Shown in pieces: positions 55,726 to 63,327 of a DNA stretch of 64,000 bases (the stretch's first letter is position 1; each line of letters starts with the position of its first letter). The DNA is from Pseudomonadota bacterium. Its GTDB lineage: Bacteria > Pseudomonadota > Gammaproteobacteria > SURF-13. Position numbers and translations under genes: made by a program. The DNA is taken from the NCBI GenBank assembly GCA_040756035.1, contig JBFLZV010000005.1, forward strand, positions 147 to 64,146, in the 5' to 3' direction. The notes beneath the pieces are model-generated. The model worked only from the letters and a program-made list of their open reading frames with translations. It was not told where the DNA came from and made no database searches.

Positions 55726-57161
55726 TAGGCGGCACGGAGTAGACGCTCCAGGCCGGGTATAAATTTTCCTGGATGCTTCTTCGCCTTTACATTGGCCTGT
55801 CTCTTGACCAGCACGCCAACCACGGGCAGCCCCAGGTCCTCGCTCACATCTTCCTCGGAGCGGATGTAGCGGTTGGCCATTTCGGTCATCAGTGCCAGCC
55901 CCACCCCAAGAAGACCGCCGAAGAAAATGGCCAAAGCGACATTCAGCAGAGCCTTCGGATGCGATGGTTCGATCGGCTCGATGGCCGGCGTGAGCAGCGT
56001 CACGTTGGTTTGGCTTAGCTGGCTTTCCATGTTGGTTTCGTTGAAGCGCTGCAACGCCGTGTCATAGGCGCGCTGCGCGTTTTCTACGTCGCGCATGAGC
56101 ACGGAAATATCGTCGCGCTGCTTGCGCAACTCCAGGACGCGCGCCTTTTGCGCAGCGAGCATGGCCTTCAGGGCTGCTTCGCGCTGCGTGGCGAGCTGCG
56201 CGTTGTTGACGATTCCGCCCGTAGCATTGATGATTTCCGCGTTTATTTTTTTGCGCATATTCTCGATGTCCGCGAGCGCACGCTGATACTGCGGATGATT
56301 TTTGCCTACCCCGGATAATTCCGAAAGCCGCGCCTCTTGTCTGGCCAGCTCGGCCTTTAGACCTTGAATATAGGGATTGGCGATGACCTCCGGCAGAGAC
56401 TCCAGCGCAATGCCCTTGTCCGGAGAACTCTGCGCCTGGTTTTGGCGCGACAACGTATCCTGGGTTTGCGCCTGCGCAGTAACCAACTGCGTGGAAAGTT
56501 CCGCCAGCCGAGCGTTCTCGATATCCAAGCGCTCATCGGTCGCTACGATGCCGTTTTGTTGCTGATAGGACGATAGCTTGGTCTGCGCCGTTTCCAAATT
56601 ACTCCGCAATATTTTTAGCTGTTCGTTGAACCAGCCGGCCACTTCGCGCGCCGGCTCGATGCGCAATTCCAAGCTGGTTTTTATATAAGCCTGCGCAAAG
56701 GCGTTGGCCACGGCGCTGGCGAAGCGCGGATCGGTGGAGGTATAGCTTAAATTGATCATGCTGCTGTCGGCGGAGGGTTCCACTTCGACATCTTTTAGAA
56801 GCATGTCGGCCAACCAATCGCGGATGGAACCTCTCCCCTCTGTCGCCTTCTCGAACTGCTCCTGTGCGTCGGGGTTGGCGTCGAGCTGTAGGCTGTCCAC
56901 CACCTTCAGGGCCACCCGATGGCTCAAGAGAATATCCTTCTGCGTAGCCATCTGACCGGACAGTAACTGCGCGTGCGGCGCCGTGCCGGCGCCGGTGATC
57001 GGATCGCTGTGCTTGAAATCCACCACGAGCTGCACGTTCGCCGTGTAGGATTTCGGCAGCAAATAACTGACGAGAGCGGCGGAGGCCACGGTTACGACCA
57101 GGGTGAATAAAACAATCCACACGCGGGCGCGTAATATAAGTAAAAGTCTTTGCAGATTCAT
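55725..57161 (-). CDS. polysaccharide chain-length determinant protein (Wzz/PCP family, PEP-CTERM-locus subtype)
   Basis: 478 aa. N- and C-terminal TM helices flanking a long coiled-coil periplasmic domain. Confidence 0.8.
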   Translation of the reverse strand: MNLQRLLLILRARVWIVLFTLVVTVASAALVSYLLPKSYTANVQLVVDFKHSDPITGAGTAPHAQLLSGQMATQKDILLSHRVALKVVDSLQLDANPDAQEQFEKATEGRGSIRDWLADMLLKDVEVEPSADSSMINLSYTSTDPRFASAVANAFAQAYIKTSLELRIEPAREVAGWFNEQLKILRSNLETAQTKLSSYQQQNGIVATDERLDIENARLAELSTQLVTAQAQTQDTLSRQNQAQSSPDKGIALESLPEVIANPYIQGLKAELARQEARLSELSGVGKNHPQYQRALADIENMRKKINAEIINATGGIVNNAQLATQREAALKAMLAAQKARVLELRKQRDDISVLMRDVENAQRAYDTALQRFNETNMESQLSQTNVTLLTPAIEPIEPSHPKALLNVALAIFFGGLLGVGLALMTEMANRYIRSEEDVSEDLGLPVVGVLVKRQANVKAKKHPGKFIPGLERLLRAA

Positions 57162-57188
57162 GTTGTGACCTCGATGTTATGTCCGCGG

Positions 57189-57989
57189 CTAGAACAGGCT
57201 TTCCTTCACGTATACCACGTCATCGGCCTGCAATGCGTCGGTTAGGCCAACCTGCAGCGTCTGCTGCTGGCCGTCGGCGCCGCGCCGGTTTATCTTCAAT
57301 CCGCGTTCCGTGCCGCGTTCCGATAGTCCGCCGCCCATGGACAGCGCCTGCATAACCGTCATGTTGCGCTCCAAGCGGTAGGCGCCGGAACGCTGCACCT
57401 CGCCGTAAATGTAAAACACCGGGGCGCGCGGAATGTAGATAATGTCGCCGTCGGAAACCTGAATGTTATTTTTCAAACTTGCGGAGTGAAACAAGTCGGC
57501 CAGATCGATATCGTACTTGACGGTTTTTCCGCCCTCATGCTTGATGAGCGTAACGTAATCCGCCCCGTTCTCGCCCACACCGCCGGCCAGTGAAATAAGA
57601 TCGAGCACGGCGGCGCCCGGGCCGTCGATGGGGTATTTGCCCGGTTTGCTGACTTGGCCAAGCACCGAAACCTGCTGACTGCGGTATTCCATAATGCTGA
57701 TGTTGACTTGTGGCTGCTCGACGTAACCGCCCTGCTTCAACAACGTCGCCAGTTTCGCTTCCGCCGCACTGCGCGACAGCCCGCCGACCGTCACTTCGCC
57801 GAGCAGCGGGAAGGTGACATTGCCGGCTCCCGTCAACTGCGTTTCGGTGGTCATGTCGGGATGTTCGTACACGGTGATTTTCACGATATCGCCGGGACCC
57901 AATTTATATTCATCCACCGCATACGTCGGCGCGACGGCGAGCATAAGTGCGAAGCCTACAAAATAGAGTAATGATTTCAGAACTTTCAT
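57189..57989 (-). CDS. polysaccharide export protein (Wza/EpsA-like, PEP-CTERM-system-associated)
   Basis: 266 aa. Signal peptide. YKLGPGDIVKITVYEHPD Poly_export motif, SLBB domain. Confidence 0.85.
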   Translation of the reverse strand: MKVLKSLLYFVGFALMLAVAPTYAVDEYKLGPGDIVKITVYEHPDMTTETQLTGAGNVTFPLLGEVTVGGLSRSAAEAKLATLLKQGGYVEQPQVNISIMEYRSQQVSVLGQVSKPGKYPIDGPGAAVLDLISLAGGVGENGADYVTLIKHEGGKTVKYDIDLADLFHSASLKNNIQVSDGDIIYIPRAPVFYIYGEVQRSGAYRLERNMTVMQALSMGGGLSERGTERGLKINRRGADGQQQTLQVGLTDALQADDVVYVKESLF

Positions 57990-58030
57990 GATTGCACCCC
58001 TGAGTATCTGTAATGAAAAATTAAACCCGG

Positions 58031-58933
58031 TTACTTGTTGCCTTGCGGCGTGTCCACTACCAGCGTCTGCCGCGCTGCGGCAGGCTGGATGTGAGCAAAC
58101 TTTCCTACGTACTCAATCGACGCCATGCTGCGCAGGCGTTGCAGCTCACGGCGCACGGCCTCTTTGCGCTTCTCATTCAACAGAAAACCCTCTATCAGCG
58201 GAAACGCCTGCGCCTCGCTGAGAGGATGTTCAACGGCATCGACGAGTTCGAATACCGTGGAATCAGAATCTTCCTTGATAAACAAAATTTCTCCCTTTCC
58301 CATGGGATAAATTTTTTCTAATAGCTCGAAAGGCAGCATCCCCGCCGGCTTCATGACGCTCATTTCTTGAAACGGAATATTTTGCATGCGCAGCCAAGCG
58401 GTAATTTCATCGGCGGATTGCAGCGTGCGCACTTTTTCATCGAGCACGGGCGTCAACGCGGAGCTTTTCCACGTGATGCTGCGCAGCGTGTAAATCTTGC
58501 TTTTGGAAAATAGTTCGGGATGGCCGGTAAAGTAACTTTTTATTTCCTCGCGCGTGGGTTGCGGCACACTGGAGGTGCGCCTGCTCAAATACGCCTGCGC
58601 TAGGATTTGCTGTTCGGCCTTGGCAAAGCTGCGCAACACGTGCGGATCGCGATGTAAGTTCTCGGCGCGCGCCTTTTGCGCGGCGAGATTTTGATCGATC
58701 AGCGCATCGACTATTTGCAGAGAAGGTTTTTCCGAATTTGCGTCGATTTCCGCGCCCAGCAAGGCAATCTCATCATTGACTTGATGAATGGTGATTTCCT
58801 CGCCGTTCACCCTCACGACGCTTTGGCTTGCGACGCGCGGCTTTTCCGGGCGCTGTTCGCACCCGCCGGCGGTAAGCAGCAGTGCGGCGCATAACAGCGG
58901 CGCGCTGTATTTTGAATGTGTATTCCTAATCAT
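58031..58933 (-). CDS. epsD: EpsD-family lipoprotein, SurA/PPIase-like
   Basis: Start set at MIRNTHSKYSAPLLCAALLLTAGGC (lipobox LTAGGC). SurA-N-like chaperone domain. Confidence 0.6.
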   Translation of the reverse strand: MIRNTHSKYSAPLLCAALLLTAGGCEQRPEKPRVASQSVVRVNGEEITIHQVNDEIALLGAEIDANSEKPSLQIVDALIDQNLAAQKARAENLHRDPHVLRSFAKAEQQILAQAYLSRRTSSVPQPTREEIKSYFTGHPELFSKSKIYTLRSITWKSSALTPVLDEKVRTLQSADEITAWLRMQNIPFQEMSVMKPAGMLPFELLEKIYPMGKGEILFIKEDSDSTVFELVDAVEHPLSEAQAFPLIEGFLLNEKRKEAVRRELQRLRSMASIEYVGKFAHIQPAAARQTLVVDTPQGNK

Positions 58934-59094
58934 GTGCAACAGATCCCCGGTTGCAAACCCCAAAGAAATGTTCGACCCGGCGCGGCTAGTGTGCCCGCCG
59001 CCGGGTGAACAATGGACGTCCCTGTCCTGTTACCTCGCCGTTGTTCCCTAGGCGAGTGTCCACTCATGCTCTCCCTATGGCCGCGTGGCGATCG

Positions 59095-59577
59095 TTAAGC
59101 CAATCCGAGCTTGGGCGCCGACCTGGCGCTGCGACGTAACTGATAAGCGATCAAACCCAACCCCACCAACAATAACGCCCACTCATGGGGCTCGGGTACG
59201 GGGGGTACAGGAACCGTACCTTCAAAGATTAATGATTTTCCTAATACACCGGCAAAATGGTTGCCGCTTCCGTTGGCTCGGAATATAAAACTTCCGGGAC
59301 CTTCATGGCTTCTTATAATGTTGTAGCCGCCGTTACCGTTGCTTGTCCCGACCCAAAAACCTAAAAACGTACGCGCGGGATTATAATTAGTGACGGTTAG
59401 CTTAACTTCGTAAAGACCATCCAGGTTGCCCACGTTAAAGTCACTGTTAATGATCTTCCAGATGTTTAGCTTGACAGTGTTTGAGTGATGTGAATTGTTT
59501 GCAGCTTGCGCCGTGCCGGCGAGTGAAATGAACAAACTTACAATAACTGCTTTCCATAGCATGTTCGTTTTATTCAT
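59095..59577 (-). CDS. PEP-CTERM sorting-domain protein (exosortase substrate)
   Basis: 160 aa. Signal peptide. C-terminal VPEPHEWALLLVGLGLIAYQLRRSAR = PEP motif + TM helix + basic cluster. Confidence 0.8.
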   Translation of the reverse strand: MNKTNMLWKAVIVSLFISLAGTAQAANNSHHSNTVKLNIWKIINSDFNVGNLDGLYEVKLTVTNYNPARTFLGFWVGTSNGNGGYNIIRSHEGPGSFIFRANGSGNHFAGVLGKSLIFEGTVPVPPVPEPHEWALLLVGLGLIAYQLRRSARSAPKLGLA

Positions 59578-59619
59578 GACGCAATTCCCTTTGAATTAAT
59601 TATGAGTAATCAATAAAGA

Positions 59620-59634
59620 GCAACAGTTGTGCCA
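59620..59634 (-). promoter_or_regulatory. sigma-54 promoter TGGCAC-N5-TTGC driving the PEP-CTERM gene
   Basis: Plus strand GCAACAGTTGTGCCA; reverse complement TGGCACAACTGTTGC is a consensus -24/-12 element. Lies 43-57 nt upstream of the ATG (59577). Confidence 0.6.
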
Positions 59635-59761
59635 AGTTAACAAGGCAATGATTTTTTTATAGTTTTTATAAAATTTTTTGGATTTTAAAATAAATATGTA
59701 TCGTTATATTTACAAATAAAGCCGAGCTTGAGGAAAAAGCCCTACAGTAAAAACAAAATGA

Positions 59762-59781
59762 TTTACAAAGTGTTTTGTAAA
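59762..59781. promoter_or_regulatory. inverted repeat TTTACAAA-GTGT-TTTGTAAA: candidate enhancer (UAS) for a sigma-54 activator
   Basis: 8-bp arms, ~130-150 bp upstream of the -24 element, within a 280-bp AT-rich region. Confidence 0.35.
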
Positions 59782-59862
59782 GCTTTTGAAACAGCGATGA
59801 AAAGCGGGGGAGGGAGCCGGAAGTGAATAGAATACGCCCTTCCATGGCGTGAAGATTAAGCG

Positions 59863-60675
59863 CTACAGACGGATGATTTTTTTATCCGTCGCGGCAGAGC
59901 CTTGGGTTTTAATAGCAGCGCCCGGCCAGACACCCGACCAGAAAACGGAAATTTTGCCGTCCGGCCCGGGTGCGCCGAGCCAGGACAAGGCTTGTAGTAA
60001 CTCGGATTGCTTGGCGCCGGGTTGCGCGGAGAAGGAGCCGGTGAATTGATAATTTCCGTCCGGTTTCAGCGTGAGCACGCCTTGCGCCTTGAGCGGCCCG
60101 CCCTTATCGAGCAGGGTGCCTTTCACGCCCGTGTTGTCCGTGACGATGTTCATAGTAAACGCGCCGAGCGTAACCGGCTGCGGTGTTATAAACGCAGCAT
60201 TTTCCCAGTTGAGCGTGCCGCGCGCCGCGACCACGGCGCCGTCGATTTCTATTTCATCAAGCCGTGCGCGCAGCACGCCTTCCGGTTTGGCGGCAAGCGC
60301 CGTGAACAGCGGAGCGAGTTCGCCTACCGCGAATTGGCCTGCTACATCGGTGAAACGTGTGGCGCCGGTCAAGGTGCGCGTCACGTGGCCACGCGCGTCG
60401 GTGAGACCATCGCGTGCCGCCCAGCTTGCCTCGATACGGCCCAGCAGCAATGTCCAGGGATGTGCTTCCCAAGTCACTTTCCCAAGCCGATAATAACCAC
60501 TGAGTTCGGCGTCCTGCGCGCGTCCTGACCATACGCTGCCTTCCAAGCCGTAGAGGCGCAGCGGCGTCAAGCTGTTTTTAAACCAGTCGTAGGCGTGCGC
60601 CGCGGGCAGGGTGGCGATAAGGAAAATACCGTACGCGACAAGTGCAAGCAGCGCGTAGCGCAACCAGGATTTCAC
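59863..60675 (-). CDS. gspN: type II secretion system protein N
   Basis: 270 aa. N-terminal TM helix, periplasmic domain. Last gene of a gspJKLMN run. Confidence 0.7.
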   Translation of the reverse strand: MKSWLRYALLALVAYGIFLIATLPAAHAYDWFKNSLTPLRLYGLEGSVWSGRAQDAELSGYYRLGKVTWEAHPWTLLLGRIEASWAARDGLTDARGHVTRTLTGATRFTDVAGQFAVGELAPLFTALAAKPEGVLRARLDEIEIDGAVVAARGTLNWENAAFITPQPVTLGAFTMNIVTDNTGVKGTLLDKGGPLKAQGVLTLKPDGNYQFTGSFSAQPGAKQSELLQALSWLGAPGPDGKISVFWSGVWPGAAIKTQGSAATDKKIIRL

Positions 60676-61163
60676 GCGCCCGCTCCTTGCAGCGATACGC
60701 GCGCGTTGATCAAGCCGGGCGCGGCTTGCCGCTCCACTACGATGTTTTGCACGCGCACGCCGTTGTTGCGCTGCAAGTTATCCAGCCACAGTACCGTATC
60801 GTCGAAGCTGGCCTGTTCCAGCCATACGCGCACGGTGTTGCGCCCTTCCGGCTCGACGCGCTTCACGGCGCCGCCCAAGCGTCCGCTCTTGGCCGATTGA
60901 TCGACCACCGCGAGCAGCGATTGGCCGTCGCTGACTTGCGCGGCGCCGGGATGCGCGGCGCGCAACTGCGCGGCTTGTTGCGCGGCCTGTTGCATCCACG
61001 CAAGCAGTGCTTGATTTTCCTTCACGCTTTGGCGCAACTGCTGTGCGTGGCTGGTGACGGGTTGCCAGACGAGGAAATAAATCGACGCCAGCAACAGCAC
61101 CGCGGCGCCGATGAGTAGGGCGCGGCGGTCATTAGGGCGCAGTTGCATGAACCATTTCTTCAT
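60672..61163 (-). CDS. gspM: type II secretion system protein M
   Basis: 163 aa. Single TM helix (ALLIGAAVLLLASIYFLVW). 4-nt overlap with gspL. Confidence 0.75.
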   Translation of the reverse strand: MKKWFMQLRPNDRRALLIGAAVLLLASIYFLVWQPVTSHAQQLRQSVKENQALLAWMQQAAQQAAQLRAAHPGAAQVSDGQSLLAVVDQSAKSGRLGGAVKRVEPEGRNTVRVWLEQASFDDTVLWLDNLQRNNGVRVQNIVVERQAAPGLINARVSLQGAGA

Positions 61164-62383
61164 GATTTTTTCGCTTGTATTTGCAAGCGGCTTTGCACTT
61201 TGTCTTCCTGCGAGGTGGCGGATTGAATGTCCACGTTGAGTTGCGCGGCCAGGCGTTGCTTGAGCTGGTCCAGCGCCTGCAAGTCCTTGATCTCGAGATC
61301 GACGTTGAGCTGGCCGTCCTTGTAGCTCACGGTGCGCAAATCCAGATTAGGCGTATCTTTGAATGGTGCGCCGCTACGCGCCAGCAACTCCAAAAAGCCT
61401 TGGTCGCCTTGTCCGGCGCCGCGCAGCGCGTCCAACTGACGCTGCATTTGCACGCGCGGGTTCACCACCTTGCGTGATTCCGGGAAGGTTTGCAGATAGA
61501 CGCGCTGGATTTGCTGTTGCAACGCCTGATTTTCGCGGCTTAGGCGGTATATTTCATGTGCCGTCATGCCGCCTTGCAGAATCAGCCACGCTCCCAGCAG
61601 CGCCGCCGCCGCGCGCCACGGTCGCCACAGTTTGCCGAGTTGTTCGCGGCGGCTGTAGTCGCCTTGCATTAAATTAACGGCGTCTTGCTCGTCGAAGCCT
61701 CGCGCCAGCAGCAGCAACGGCTCCTCGGTGACGGCCTTGCCGATCACTTCCACGCCGAGTTCCCCGGAGAGACGCGGCGCATCGGAGCCGTAATGTAAAA
61801 TCTGAATACGCGCGGGCTTGGCGGATTCCGCCGCGCCGAGCAGGCTGGTCAGCATGAGTTCCAAGCTAATTAAATCCGCGGCCAGCCCGGATTGCGCGCC
61901 GTTGCGCACCAGGGCGCCGCGCTCGGGAAGAATGAGCACCGTCCACGCGTCCGGCGTGAGCGGTACGCCGAGCGTTTCCGGCGTCAGCACGTCGGGCTGG
62001 ATGCCGGCCTCGCGCAGCGCGCCCAGCCAGCGCTCCATGCGCGTGCGCGCCACCACGGCGGCGTTGATTTGCTTGTCTGCGTTGCGCCGGCCCACGGCGA
62101 AGTGCAGGTCTTCCACGTCGCAGGCGAGTTGTTCCTCCAGCACGAAGGGCAGCGCCTGGGCGATGCGCGCGCGATTTTGGCTGGGTATCGCGACGCGCGT
62201 GAGCAGCACGTCGCCGCCCGGCGCGAACACGATGACTCGGCAGCCGGCGGCAGAAGCCGCCGCGTCCGCGAGCGCGCCGTGCGCGACCGCGCCGAGCGGC
62301 TGGCCGGATGCGGAGTAGCGCACCCAGCTTGCGGGAGCATCGTCGGACGCGCCGAGACGGATGAAGAGTTTGTCACGCATCAA
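61160..62383 (-). CDS. gspL: type II secretion system protein L
   Basis: 407 aa. Cytoplasmic actin-like domain, TM helix (LGKLWRPWRAAAALLGAWLILQ), periplasmic domain. Confidence 0.8.
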   Translation of the reverse strand: MMRDKLFIRLGASDDAPASWVRYSASGQPLGAVAHGALADAAASAAGCRVIVFAPGGDVLLTRVAIPSQNRARIAQALPFVLEEQLACDVEDLHFAVGRRNADKQINAAVVARTRMERWLGALREAGIQPDVLTPETLGVPLTPDAWTVLILPERGALVRNGAQSGLAADLISLELMLTSLLGAAESAKPARIQILHYGSDAPRLSGELGVEVIGKAVTEEPLLLLARGFDEQDAVNLMQGDYSRREQLGKLWRPWRAAAALLGAWLILQGGMTAHEIYRLSRENQALQQQIQRVYLQTFPESRKVVNPRVQMQRQLDALRGAGQGDQGFLELLARSGAPFKDTPNLDLRTVSYKDGQLNVDLEIKDLQALDQLKQRLAAQLNVDIQSATSQEDKVQSRLQIQAKKS

Positions 62384-63327
62384 TAGCTACCTTGACCACG
62401 TTCGATGACCTTTACTTTACCTTCCAAACTGCGTTGCACCACGCTATATAACTGTACCTGGCCGCGCCCCGCCTGGCTACTGGACACGACCAGAAAATAA
62501 CGGCTCGATACCGCAAGCTTATCGACCGGCAATGCTCGTCCGGCCAGCGCCGGATGCGCGCGAAACTCGTCGACGTTGGCGTACGGTTTGACCTTGCGCG
62601 CGTTCAGCAGCGCATTGGCGTCCGAGGCGCTGACGCCGTCGGCCAGCGCCGCCAGCACCGGCGCGGGCGCGGTGTTGACGTTGATTTTTGTGGACTCCGG
62701 CAGGGTCGGCAGGGCCGTAACGAACGGCGCGAGAGCCTGATAAACCTGCGGCGTGTAGCCTTTCACGAGCAGCAATTCAGTTACGCTCACCAGCGGCCTG
62801 TTGGCCGCGCGATACGGCGGCGTGCGCTTTAGATATTCCGCGTCTTCCGCGCCGCTGGGGATGGTCAGCTCCACGTTTTTATCGATCCAATCCACCAGCG
62901 GCTGCGCCAACTCCGGCTCCAGTTTCAAGCTGCTCAGCAGGCGCTGAAAAATTTTTACGTCTTCCGCGCTGGGTTGATCGTCCGGACCTACCAAATTATT
63001 TAAATTAAAACGCCCTTGTAAGTCTTCGATTTGCCCGGCCACTTTGCCGCCTTCGACCTCGATCGGCGCCAGCGCGGTGGCCCAGTCCTCGTTCAAATTA
63101 TCGGCCTGCGCATTCTTGACCATGTCCTTGGCGAGCAGTCCGCGCGCCCAGTTCTCCACGCCCAGCGCGTACAAATACGTCTGACCGCTGTCGAAGATGT
63201 TGCCGGTGCGGCGAATGTCCAACTGCTGGCGCGAGGCCATGCCGACCGCCAGCACCGCGACGATGGCGGTGATGAGCAGCGCGGTGATCAGCGCCACGCC
63301 GCGTTGTTGCGAGCGCCGCGCGGTCAT
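62380..63327 (-). CDS. gspK: type II secretion system minor pseudopilin K
   Basis: Trimmed to MTARRSQQRGVALITALLITAIVAVLAVGMA (GspK-type N-terminus lacking the Glu5 pilin residue). The ORF-track 356-aa form is an Arg-rich upstream extension. Confidence 0.8.
   Translation of the reverse strand: MTARRSQQRGVALITALLITAIVAVLAVGMASRQQLDIRRTGNIFDSGQTYLYALGVENWARGLLAKDMVKNAQADNLNEDWATALAPIEVEGGKVAGQIEDLQGRFNLNNLVGPDDQPSAEDVKIFQRLLSSLKLEPELAQPLVDWIDKNVELTIPSGAEDAEYLKRTPPYRAANRPLVSVTELLLVKGYTPQVYQALAPFVTALPTLPESTKINVNTAPAPVLAALADGVSASDANALLNARKVKPYANVDEFRAHPALAGRALPVDKLAVSSRYFLVVSSSQAGRGQVQLYSVVQRSLEGKVKVIERGQGSY

Noticed and set aside
58964-59094. possible sigma-54 element (reverse complement GGCACACTAGCCGC) upstream of epsD
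   Set aside because: Correct spacing but the -12 region lacks the TTGC T residues. Too weak to call.
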